Below are positions 24,385 through 36,700 of a DNA stretch of 42,051 bases, piece by piece. Origin of the DNA: Acanthaster planci (lineage: Eukaryota). Under the pieces are notes generated by a model. The model saw nothing but the letters and a program-made list of their open reading frames with translations. It was not told where the DNA came from and did not search any database. The DNA lies in assembly GCF_001949145.1 (NCBI RefSeq), contig NW_019091357.1, positions 2,626,589 to 2,668,639 of the forward strand, in the 5' to 3' direction. Made by a program: the position numbers and the translations under genes. Within the stretch, counting starts at the first letter, position 1. Each line of letters opens with the position of its first letter.

Positions 24385-27300
24385 ATGGCATTGGAACGAT
24401 TGTGGAAAATTGTCATCATTGCCGCTGTTTGCTTCCATTATTTCTCGGTACATAGCAGGCATCCTCTACAACTACAATGTCCTCTTTGTTTACTTTGAGG
24501 AGGAATTTCAAAAAGGAGCTCTCTACACCGGTGAGTTTGTCTGTGGTCGGCATTATTCTGCGAGTACAACCTCGTAACCACGAATGTCAAGATCAGGGAA
24601 CCTGGGCACATTTCACTGTGTACCGGTTGTTTTCTATTCCGTGCACGCCCATTGTTATTTTTGCCGGCGTCCGATGTATTGCATCGAGGGTATAAGGGTA
24701 CATCCTCAGCATTTTCATTTCTAAATAATGAGAGAAAGGTGATTTGGGGGTCTATTGCATTTCCCCCTTCCCAAAAGGATGCACAAAAGCGTGGCATAGA
24801 GCAGGGACTCCAGCCTAAATGCGAAAAAATACTGTGTACATGGTGTATTTATGGGTTCTAGTTAATCTGTTTCGTCGATTATAGATCAGGTAAAGTCGGT
24901 CAATTGTGGATTTTTAGTTTTTTTGTTTCAACGGAGATTTTCAGGATGCATGGTTCAGCTGAAAGGTGTCTTCGTAAATCCTCGCAGGTGTACTTTCCTA
25001 TCCCATTCAAACCTGTTTTCAATCGCTGGTTTCCAGTAACCCCTTCCTCCCTCTTTCCGCGCTTCATGCACATCTCCAGGTTGGGTAGGCTCCCTGGCCG
25101 CTACCCTCTACTGCGTGGCGTCCCCTCTGGCCGTGGTCCTGGGCTCCAGGTTGGGCAACACCCGGCTGGCCCTAGTCGGCACGCTCTTGCAGGCGGTCAG
25201 CTACCTGTCCACTTCCTTCATCTCCTCGCTTGACTATGGCTTCCTAACCTTCGGACTGCTGGTGGGCTTAGGCTGCAACTTCGCCTACTGCGCCGCAGGG
25301 AGCGCGTTGCTGGGCTGCGTCTCGAGTCACGGCAAGAACCGATGTCGAGCGACTGGGATCGCCTTAACGTTTTGTTCCGTTGGTAAAATACTGCCATCGT
25401 TATTTCGTCCTTGTTTATCAGAAGCGCACCGCTCTACAAAAAAGGGGGGGTGTGATAGACCCTGTGCCCACAGTGTTCTCCTATGTCGAAAACAAACCAA
25501 CGCTTTTGCAAAAAACCAACGATGCTCTTTGCCGATAACATCGTTACACCCGTTTTACAAAGCAAAGTTGGGGTTTTCGGTGTATCGGGATGATCACTTT
25601 GACGATTTTAGGCCAGCCGGTTTGCCAAATATTTGAAAACTGGATGATGTATATAGGCTTAGTACCTTTCAAGGTATCTCACGTGAGGAAGGTCGCAGCT
25701 TGCATAAAATTAGTGCAAAACGGACGGTTTTAGTATTCATACACCTTAGACAAATGCTCTATACACTCGCGTTTTGTTCGATGCATCGAGGAGGGAAAAA
25801 TAAAAAGTAAAATAAAAAAAAATGAAGCACCAAAAGCATTCAGTTAAAATTCATTAGGGATACTGACCAACTTCCACCTTTTTAAGTAAACAATTGATGG
25901 AGTACAGAAAAATGCAATGTAAATGTCCCCAGTACTGGCTAATACGGGCGATTCACAATAGTGAGCCTCCAAGAGTTTGCAACGCGTTGGCTAATCACAG
26001 TCCGTAAAGTCTGTTGCGCACTGTGAGTTTCGCGCACTGTGATTGGTCAACGCGTTGCAAACTCTTGGAGGCGCACTCTTGTTAAACGCCCGCATTGGAA
26101 CTGACCTATAGGCTGCAACGTTAGGGTGGTTTGATATTTTTTTCTCGAGGCATCATGCTGATGGGACCACTGATGAACGCCCTGAGTGTGATATTAGGTT
26201 GGAGGAACTGCCTAAGAATCATCAGCGGTGCCAATTTAGTCCTCGGAGTGGCGGCCTCGTTGCCCTTCATAAAGTCTCCGAGGACAAGGCCGGAGATGGC
26301 AGAGGAGGAAGCCAGAAAGGACGGCCCGTCCCCTGTCGTGGGAGAAAACAGAGAAGGGTCTGGAGATGAAAACGAGGACCTTGAAACTGACAAATTAAAG
26401 TGTCATGGCCCGACGAATGACGACAACGACGGCAGCCGCTGCCAAGCCGACACTGCCATGCTACCTAATCCTTTTCTGAATGTAGATATCTGGTTATTCG
26501 TATCGTCTTTAACATTCGCCCAGATGGGATGGTCCTTCGTCATTGTCAATTACGTAAGTACCGTCATTTACGAAACTTCGATCGATCTCTCAGCTGAATG
26601 TGAACAGGTCTAATAGGAACGTCTTCAATTTCGCCGGTCCGAGGAAGACCTTCTTTGTCCGTGATTACTCTGATCTGTACCGTATAAGCCCTGGGCTAGA
26701 CCAGCAGAGTGTGCAATTATTTTCCTAGCGCCAGCTTTGGTCGGAACTCCGCTTTGCTGGTTACAAAAACGACATTGAAATGCACGCGTCACGGTCGCGT
26801 CGCTACCAGCAAAATGAACACTCCCGACCAACATAGCTCATTTCAATCGATGAGGGGGTGCTTCTGCTCAAGGCCTAGTGCTGTCTTCGAGGGCTCTCGA
26901 GAAAGAAGTAAAGAGTTTTGATTAGTAATCGGTCTATGATATAAAACTGTAGAATACACGTATATTTATTTTTGTTCTCAGTGTGAACCCCCTTTTAAAT
27001 TTTTTTCTCTTCTCCTTGCAGTCTAGTTTTATGGCTGGGCTAGGGTTGTCAGTCAGTCAGATGTCCATTGCTCTGTTGATTTCGGCGCAGCGGAGGTCGC
27101 CTTCAAAATCCTCTTCGTCATTTTCGGTGACCGCCTTCCAGCCAGGAAGCTGTACTTAATCGCTGCCACCTCAACGGGCGGCGCCATCGTGTCGGGCTTC
27201 CTGCTGGTTTGTTCGACATTCGGACACATGATTGCCCTGTCGACTGGTAGGTGTGGACCTGCTCCGTCTATATTCATTTTTGAATGCTCTCTTGGTAGTA

Positions 27301-28858
27301 GGACTTCGCAAGAGCAAAAAACCTATAAAAAAAATTCACATGGCCCATTATTAAATTAAATCCACTTAAATTTAATTCAGATTGGATAATAAATTATAAC
27401 AAAATAGTTAAAAGGACGTTCAAAGAAAAAAAATTCGAAACGAGTGAGATGTTTATTTCACTCTTCTGTTTCTCAGAAATGACATCTTTGCTTTTCTTAG
27501 TTCGCCGCCGACAAGCACGCCCAGGCAAAAATGCAAAACAATTCAATGAGATTGCTTCAAGGATGGCCCTGGCGACAAATAGATCTGAAATGTATGCACA
27601 AATTATTATTTCAAGACTAATGTTAAAGTTGACTTTAGCAAGACATGCCGAGTGTGTCCAACGCCGGTTGCATGCCACTTCAGCAGGACGGTATTCAACG
27701 ATGCCTACCTCTTTGCATGTGTAGCTGGACTATAAAAACTTGCTTCCGGGATGGGGGCAGGGCGGAGGTGGCGTTTGTCTGCCTTTCGGCTGAACTGCAT
27801 CCGAATCTGTTATCTGAAGAGATGGGCCTACAGGGCCTATGATAAATACGTGGGGATGCACTGATAACAGAGGTAGCCACATAGCTCTGGAAGCATTGAG
27901 CAAGTTCTTCTCTTTGTCGATAGCTTGGGGCATCTGCCGCAGCGGAATCTACGGAACTAACCTCTCAGCCAGCGACGAACTGTTCTGCGGCTACGGCTCC
28001 CGAGTAGCCACTGCAGTATCAACGGTGGGATTCGGCTTGGGAGTTTTGATCGGCTCACCAATCACAGGTAGATCCAAAACTTATCTGCAGCGATGTTAAC
28101 TTAAAAATATCATTGATTAAAAGGAAGTCAAATTAGGTTTCCATTCTTGAATCATCACCGGCTGGGGAAAAAGAGGCTCCATGATTTCCAAACTATCTCG
28201 AGAGACTGGTAACTGTTGAAATGTCATAACACTGCCCAAACTATGGTGTTAAAATGAACACAAGATACTGTGGACTTGCGGCGTTCTTGGGGGCTTGTGG
28301 TGGACTCGACCACATATGATGCAAGATATGGGGCGGAGACAACCTCCGTCCCCACCTTTGTGGTGGTCATTGTTTGATCGGAATCTCATGAATTCTTTAC
28401 AGACTTCGGGGGGGGGGTCTTACGTAACAATAGTCTAGAGTGTGTATAGGGATTGGACATGTGGGTGGTACCCATCGGCCCCTTATCATGCACGGTATCC
28501 TCGACCAACACTGTGTGCTTTCTGCCCCCATTTAACATGATTAAGATTGCTTGATTTATATTTTTCAACGTCGTCTACAGGTTTTCTCTTCGAGCTGAAG
28601 GGCGACTACACGTGGAGTCTCGTCGTCCTTGTGGCGTGTTTCGTGACCTCCGACCTCTTGATGTTGCTGATCCCGGGTAAGGAAAAGATCCGGGCGTACA
28701 TCCGAGGGCGTATGTGCCGGCCTGAAGGCCGACAGGTACCGCAGGGGGCCGAACCGCCGAAGAGTGGACCGAATGCCAGATGGACCAACGCAAGATCCAC
28801 GAGTTTGGTGGAACTCCGAGTGATCCAGACTGGGTCCAAAGACACCGCTCAAATTTGA
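24385..28858 (+). pseudogene. SLC16/monocarboxylate transporter (MCT10-like) paralog C with two frameshifts (probable pseudogene or null allele)
   Basis: Exons 24385-24530, 25080-25382, 26150-26553, 27022-27246, 27924-28067, 28581-28858 have the same intron positions as paralog B. Exon 1 is 146 nt vs 142 in B (+4, premature TGA 24496-24498). Exon 4 is 225 nt vs 226 (-1 near 27080, TAA 27157-27159). Exon 3 uses a rare GAG acceptor. Peptides GWVGSLAATLYCVASPL, LGCNFAY, LGWRN, FGDRL, GSPITG|FLFELKGDY. Confidence 0.85.
25943..26094. mobile_element. Palindromic MITE, family 1 (ACGG..TCACAA.AGTGCGCC termini), in intron 2 of paralog C
   Basis: About 55-bp imperfect terminal inverted repeats (acgggcgattcacaatagtgagcctccaagagtttgcaacgcgttgg / caacgcgttgcaaactcttggaggcgcactcttgttaaacgcccgc), flanked by AT. 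Related copies at 30323, 31420 and 34732. Confidence 0.8.
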
Positions 28859-30322
28859 AAGGAAGATCGTACCCACTGGAACAAGGTTGACACTTCCTTG
28901 TTCAAAATGGCGTCACACTTCGGTACTCGATAACATTAATTATGGTGAAAACAGAGGTCCACATTTGTCTACTGCTAAGCACCGAGAAGCGGGTTTATGT
29001 CTTGTGCCATCTCATTACGTGCGCACGTTACGTATGCAATGAGCCAGTTTGGTATTCCTACAGCGCATGCCCAAAATGAAGCGCGTCCGATGTCAGACCT
29101 ATCTAATGGAGATCAGTGGCGCGGCCTATGCAGATTCGCGCGCGTGCTTTGTTCCTGGATGACCTTGCTTTTTTGAAATATCGAACTGGCTCATTTTGCA
29201 ATTTTTTAAAACGTGGTTTTGTTTATAGACAGAAAGATGTGCCTCAATCACATTTTATCTTTTGTAATTTTGAAATTATTTCAGAGAACCGAAATCGAAT
29301 ACTTATTTTTTGTTGGCTACGTCATTCTGTTAAGACCAGTGGGAACAGCATATCAAGAACCGATGGAGACAATCATTTACCAGTTTTACATCATGAAATA
29401 ATTTTTATTTGTGGGCATGTTGGAAGTGCCCGTTATACAGATTAAATCGTTCCACATATTAAAAACGATAATTATGCCATGCACAATACCTTACTCGTCT
29501 TGTTATTCCGCTACAGTAACTTTTATTTGTGTGGAAAAAATACTTCTTAAATTGCCAAATAAAATGTTCTATACCTGACAATTTATGATGATACACTTAT
29601 GGCCTATTTTCTGGATTACATACATCGTTTCGTACAAGTATAGCATCCAACAGTAAAGTTTCCCCTTTACCCCCAAAACCAATAGACGAATGCATGATTA
29701 TCAATGCTATTTTGCTTGAAGTGCGGGTGAATTGTTGAAATACTTTTCCAATAGAGTTGCTTTGTATCTTGCATACCTTGTCAAGAATATCCCTGTATAG
29801 GCTGCACTGGTGAAGCAAGAAATGTGCCAACTTCTTTGTGGATAATTATACGTTGAAAGTGCTTATTGCACACTACAGTGCAGTCTGTGTAATTACAGGA
29901 GGGAAGTTAGCCCAAGGCCTGGTGAATTTTAAATAAGCTTATTAGAGATTTGAACTGAACGTTGTGTTGCTGGTTATTGCTATGAAATTTGTTGTACCAA
30001 CCAACAGAATTTATGCTATGAGGCGGGCTCCTGTACCCAGCCTTGAAAATGCCGATAAGTGTTTTTGTGCTTGCTAAATGGTGTAAACTCGGCCAATAAC
30101 GTGTGGACAAAGTGCGTTTTGACACCAGATATGTCGAATTCAAGCTCGCTCTTCTGAATCGAACTGATCTCTGGATTCAGTGGCTTTCAGGTTGTTTTAT
30201 AAGATCATTCGAAAAAAAAATCATAATTGCTAAAATATCGACGCAGTGTTTGAGACAGAATGAATTTCATGATCCTTGTCCCTCCGCTTTAAGACTCGAA
30301 TCCACGCACTTTAGCTGTCAGC

Positions 30323-30498
30323 AATACGGCCGTTTCACAAAAGTGCGCCACCAAGAGTCTGCAACGCGTTGGCCAATCACAATGACCAAAATTTATCGAC
30401 CCAATGTGCGTTTAGAAAAAGTCGACAAATTGCACGCGTGATGATTGGCCAACGTGTTTCAACCTCCTGGTGGCGCACTATTTTGAACCACCCGTATT
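30323..30498. mobile_element. Palindromic MITE, family 1, downstream of the TMEM179B stop
   Basis: aatacggccgtttcacaaaagtgcgccaccaagag ... ctcctggtggcgcactattttgaaccacccgtatt; same TIRs as the 25943 and 34732 copies. Confidence 0.8.
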
Positions 30499-30778
30499 TT
30501 AAAAGCCATTTTAGGATTCGTAATTTCTACAGTCCAAATAATTCACAGGTAAAGAAAGCTCTTTCCTGAAACAATTTTACTAGTAGGCGATGTGCCAGTC
30601 AGTAATACGATCGTACGGTCCTCCAAAAGTATTTTACACTGCATATATCGCGACTCGTAATTCAAGCCACTTTTTTATAGGAAAGAAATTCTCCTGGGTA
30701 ACAGACAAAAATGGTGTTAATAGAAAAGAATGGAAATTTACTTTTGACCTTGTCCTTTAATTCCCTGTTCTTGGGACT

Positions 30779-33700
30779 TTATTTTGCATTGTTTGGTGGA
30801 GTAAATCCGCTTTCGGGTCTTTCAGCTACACAGTGCAGCACACCCACAGCGACCAAAGATACCCAGGCGAGAAACGACACCCAACCAGATTTCTGCGGAG
30901 AAATTGAGAGAAATATTCTTCAAATCAATTAACAACAATAAAGCGTGAAAATGGCTCTCCTTCACCGGAAATGTTGGACCGGTGTCAGACTGAAAGGGTG
31001 TTTGAGAAAAACCAATTGATTGAGCGACTCATTGGTAAAAGGACGGGAGACCAATCAACGGACTGACTGACCAAATGGCTGATTGACACATCTACTAAAG
31101 AGTTTACACGCATGGCAGCCATTTTTGGCTGTAATTTTGTTCTTGAGTACACTTGAGTAGACCTGATGAGGGCCATGCACGACCTCTTTCCAATGATTGA
31201 TGATGAAAGCACTGGATGTTATTAATCGGTCACGGAACAAATGGATCAGTGTGTCAATATCTTGACCGATTATTAAATTGACTGAACCCAAATGCGAACT
31301 ATTTGACTATACGGCTGGGGGAAAAACCACATGTGAAGTTGTTAGCCAGTGGTTTCCATAAGTGCGCGTATATTATATGCAACCTCAGCCAGGTAGGCCT
31401 AAGTCGGGGACGGCCTTAATACTTGGCCCCCAAGATTTTGCAACGCATTGGCAAATTGGCCAGTGCGTGGCAAACTCTTGGAGGCGCACTGCTGTGAAAA
31501 CCCATAGATCCTGAAAGTTGACCCCTGATGGCGCGCTTCCGGAACCCTTGGATAGGATAAATATCGTGCAAAGATTTAAGAATTTGCAATATTTTTTTTT
31601 GTTCAGCTTCTTCTAAAAATATCCAACTCGGAAAAGGGGCTTTGAAAAATATTGGCTAGTACATCAATCTATAAAAACTGAAAAATCACCTAAAAGAGAA
31701 ATTTCCTGCCAGAAATTGGCCCATCACTTCCGAAAATCTAAAATTCATGAAGAACAGTGCAATGCGGCAGTCTCGTACGCAGATAAACATTTTCATTTTG
31801 AAATTTTATGGTTGTCTGTCGGTAAAAGCCGTAATAAAAACAGATCAAAGGTAATAACGCAATATTCTAATTTTAGGAAAGATTCTAATCTCTTATACTA
31901 ACCTTTCGCTGATAACAACTCAACGGAATCTGGAACCCATCGACTGCAGGTAGGTGAAGCTTTGCAACGGTGTACAATCATCTCGTTTTTTTACGAAAGC
32001 ATGAGGAGTGAACAAGGAGACCTAGGTACGATATCGCCGGACTAAAAAGGTCGTTTTTAATCATCTCCAAGTGACTTTTCCAAAATATTACTTGAGGAAC
32101 AAAGGTAAAAATTCCAACATGAGTGTTTCGTGGGGTGGTTTTGACTAATAGGAATTACTCTTGCAACAATTATTGAACGAGATAGGTAGGTCTGCCCAAT
32201 GTAAAATCCCCATAGGCAGACTGCACGAGGGTTCCAGAAGCTCGCAGCATGACCTTTTACTTTCAGGCTCTATTGGGTAACTTCAAACAGTTAAAAACAT
32301 GCCTTGCAACTGGGTTTTTTTTTCGTGCACATGCCTGGACCCGATTTCAAAAGTAACTTTAATGAGCAGCGATGATGGCACAGCATCGAGACCTTGAGTT
32401 AATAGAATATGTGCATGATGGTTCAGTTCTCACCTCTGCTTTTGAGAAGTCCTCATAGAAACCGGATCCATCGTAAATGTGCCAGTTGACCTGTTGAAAC
32501 AGCTCACAGCTTTGAGTATGCAGAGAAGAAATGGAGTAACGCAATCAGGTCAGTGCAGCTGCATTTGTGAGAGCTTGGTAGTTTCAAAATACAGTCTACT
32601 TCTCGATTCCATTCTTGTCGAAGGCATGTGAAACCGTAGCTTCCCAGAAACATTCCTGCGAGGTCATTCGGGAACAACAGTACCCGTGCCTGATAGTATG
32701 CCCCTTCCAGAGCAGCCAAACATATGCACCCGTGCGCCTGCTTTGTTCTCGACCGAACTTGCCTTTCATGAAAACCAGACGGGCCATGCAAACGGGGCTT
32801 AAATTACTGAACCCAAGAGTGCCTACAGACGGATCCAAGATTTAAAAACATGTTCATAACACATATCTTACGTTCTGTCGTCAGTTGACCCCCCGACACT
32901 ATCCCCCCACCCAGCGGGACCAATAAAGGCTCTTTTTGATGGCAACTGCATTTCGCTGGCTCACTAACAAATACTGGCATAAAATGCAAGCGTTGCGGTC
33001 GCCATACCAACCAAATGAATATACCCGCCGGTATGACTGTTTTCAACCGATGAGGGAGTGCTTTTACTCACTCATAGTTGGCGGTCACAACTTGCAGGGA
33101 GCGGAAGCCGTCGCAGAGCGCGTTGAGCCCGTGGGACACGACGGCGGCCTCTCCCAGGATCAGGATGGCCATGATGCTGTAGAGGGGGACACAGATGATT
33201 CGCATAATGGAGCTGTGTGGCCAAAAAAAAACGTGACACCAACCGATATGAGAATTATACCAGTGTGGATCGATGCACTCCATTACTAGTCGCTCTGCTG
33301 TCCTAGAGAGGACTCAAACACTTCGTGATGGCTCGCAGCTTCAAGTCACTATGAAGTATTCTAGCAAAGGTGTCTGTGGAATTCGAAATTTGAATCTTCA
33401 TGGGGGAGAATAATTAAAAACTAACAGCCATTATTACAATAGAAACCTGTTAAAATGAGCTCAACGATTTTTATTTTCTTTTGTGACCTGAATGTTTCTT
33501 CCTATTCTCATCTTTAAAAATTTGGGGTACACTAAAGACCCAGGTGGAATCAGTCACTATACTTCGCTTGGTAGTCTGCGGTTAGGCGTCTTTAGTGCTT
33601 AAAATTGCGTTTCAATTGTGTGACCACCAACCGCAGCTGAACCCAGAGCTGGGATTGGTTGACTCAGTCATACTTTCGAGATGGCCGTCGGGCAGAAATG

Positions 33701-36700
33701 TTTTCAATGAACGACTCCCGACGACGAGATTTTCTGGCTTGTAATCACTACGTTTCCTTCGAAACACATTACTTGGCTGGTCAACCTGTTGCAGTGTGAA
33801 ATTTCCTCTCCTTTGATCTCTGTGCCCCAGGTTCGTATCCAGCTGAGGTCAGCATGTGCACTTGGTTTTTCAGTCCTTATCTGATTCTGCATGGTTTTGC
33901 CAGGGGTATCATTTCAGATTTTGGTCCACCACCTGGAGACTGTCGTCATTCTCCCCCTATCCGCCCTGAGCTGATGTACACCCCCAATTGGGGAAAAGAA
34001 AGGCAGGCGGTTACAAGCGGGTTCTTGCACGCGTTCTGCGCATACGCAGAGACCATACAAATCGGAGTAAATTAGTTACGCGTACTCAGCGTGCTCTGCG
34101 GCAAACGCGCATATACTTGGGCACCTCATGGCGCGCCTACGCGGTGAGTACCCCCCCACGCATTATTTTGTTCCGCTTGGAGCGGATAGGCTTCCACACC
34201 TAGGTCTATAGAGTACCGAAGTGTGACGTCACTGTGAACCAGAAAGTGTAGTGCAAACGAATGGAGTACGCGCGCGTGTTGATTCACGCGCTGGTTCACG
34301 CGCTCAAGCCTTTTACACACTAATTGTGCGCGTGACGTATTCACTTCGGTACTCTATGCGTCACAGTGCCTTTGCATTTGGCGGAGGGCTTTTGTTTCAT
34401 TACAGCAGTACCCTGAAACAAAATTATCATTGAAAATGGATACCTACAAGTCAAATCGGCCACAGCACAGCGAGATGACTCTGTACAGGACATAAACGAA
34501 GGCTACAGCAGCGGCGACGGCTTGAATGCCGACGATGTACATGCAGCGAAGGCCATCGCTGGCGCCCAGCTCGAAATTGGTCTGAGAAGTCCAGATAACT
34601 TGTCCGGCCAGCGGGCAGTCCCCTTGGAAGGATTCCTGCCGAGAGCACACATAGATGTGTTACAGTGTTGATTAGCACATCATGCTTTTCCTCGTACATC
34701 TTGGCCCTCTCATTTTCTGCTTATTACCCACACGGGCGATTCACAATAGTGCGCCACCTAGAGTGTGCAGCTGCAGCGTGTCGGCCAATCACAACGCGCG
34801 AAATCTGTCAACCCTTTCCAAACGCGCATTTGGTGAACAGATTTCGCGCCTTGTGATTGGCCAACGCGTTGCAAACTCTTAGTGGCGCACTCTTGTGAAA
34901 CGGCCGTATTAAGCTCAGTTGGTTCATTCAGATCAAATAAAATTTAAAAAAATTATGTCTTTGTAGCATGCAATTTTCCACGTTGCTGTTACCTGAATGA
35001 ATATTTTGTTGTAATGCATTTTTCTTACTTTTTGCCTTTTCTGCTACAAGAAAAGCAGATTTTACTTTCCTATCTTCCATGGCGGCTGAAAAGTGGCCAT
35101 CTGCTTTTTGTCTTTCAAAAATAAAGCAAAACGGGAAATTGGATGAGTGTTCTAACAACCGCTCGTTAGCTGCTTGTGGGAAACCGGAAAAGCAGATTTT
35201 GCTAAGAGGGCTGAAAAATGGCCGTATGCTTTTTCCCATTTAGGGCAAGCAGACAAGTGGATTGAACGTTGTGGCAACTGTTCGTTCTACTGTGCTGCTG
35301 CCGGGAAAACAGATGTTACTACAAGCACCTTTTCCATTGTGTATGTCTTTTCGATGCGTTGCATACATGATGCGTTCGTACGTTTCTTTGTTACGGACAC
35401 ATAAAGGCGCCTTTCTATAATGCGCCAGTACTTTCGCCAAGTGTTGCCTATCTGTCAAAATTGCTCCCCGGGGCCATTTTGACGGCCTAACACGACGTAC
35501 ACGACAAATGGAAAAAATGCATTTCTAGAAAAAATTTTATTCTGTTTTTCAGGTAGTAGAAAAGTCGAAAATTGCATGTTACAAAGACGTTTAAAATCTG
35601 CTTTAATCTCTACTATTCTGAGAGCAGAAAAACAGATGGCCAGTTTGGTAAGGTCATTCGAGAATAAACACCTGACGTATGCCAGCCAGGAAGTGTTCCT
35701 TGCTTGTGAGTTGGTGTGCGGCAGTGAGATCTCTATGGTGCACTGCCGAGCTGATCAAGCCGACCGCGCGCGCTCGCCTCTGATGTTTTCGAATGACCTA
35801 CGACGCACTATATTCTGAGCATGGACTCAGTGTTGAAATGCTGAACAGGCTTGTTAGTAACCGAACTATTAACGAAATCAGTAAGGAAAATGTAACATTA
35901 ACCCCTGCTGTAGATATATAAAGAGCACGCGGGGCTTACTTTACTTGCTATCCTGGATTTTGATCTCAGTGGAAAATGAGTATTTCCACTGAAAAAGAAC
36001 TTGTGCTGCTATTGCAATATTTATGGAAATCACTGAGGAGGTCTTTAACTGCCTCAGACAATATCATGCAAAATAACATGCTAAACCATGATCCAAAAAG
36101 TACCCATCTCCACACTCTAAAAACACTTGGGGTCAGACTGACCCGGAATCTGGGTCAAATATGACCCAAAACAGGTCACAATTTGACGCGGAAAAGGGTC
36201 AGGCTCAATGGGACCCCGATTCCGGGTCAGTCTGACCCAGGTGTTTTTAGAGCGCGGTGAATACCTTTTAAACCTTATAAATACAGTGAAAATGTAATAC
36301 AAACTTAGGGTGTAACTACAGACACTACCGATATAATAGTTCAAGTACACTGAACAAAAACGAGGGCTCATCGGTGGTGAACGGTTTTGCCCACTGAATG
36401 AATGGCAAACCTTTTACGGCAGCCTGCGAGTAAAATCATGGATTTTGTAAGATATGCTTAGCCGTCAGAACTTTGCAAGACATCAGCAAAGCTCCCAAAG
36501 TCTCACCACGTGCTGGTGATATTCAGCGATTGGTTTCAGCTAGGAGATAAAACACGTCATGCGGCTTCTAAAACGAGCTGCTCACTTTATTTGTAGTCAC
36601 CATACGACGTTCAGGATGTAATGTTATGAGCATACCAGAACCAACTTAATCAAATTCTTCCTGCCAGTGAACTACCGAATGAAATTCATGGCGCTTCACT

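Noticed and set aside
24260..24577. ORF-track 105-aa ORF as the true first exon of paralog C
   Set aside because: It begins at TTG with no in-frame ATG, and the TM1 homology lies in the ATG-24385 frame up to the insertion.
24451..27082. Compensating frameshifts (+4 and -1 = +3) rescuing paralog C
   Set aside because: A TGA at 24496-24498 ends the shifted frame long before the second indel.
32596..32838. 80-aa minus-strand ORF in TMEM179B intron 3 as an extra exon
   Set aside because: Exons 3 and 4 already join in phase and match the family without it; no recognisable homology.
33800..33850. tRNA gene at GGTTCG motifs (also 12166)
   Set aside because: No acceptor, D or anticodon stems can be formed; better explained as SINE relics.
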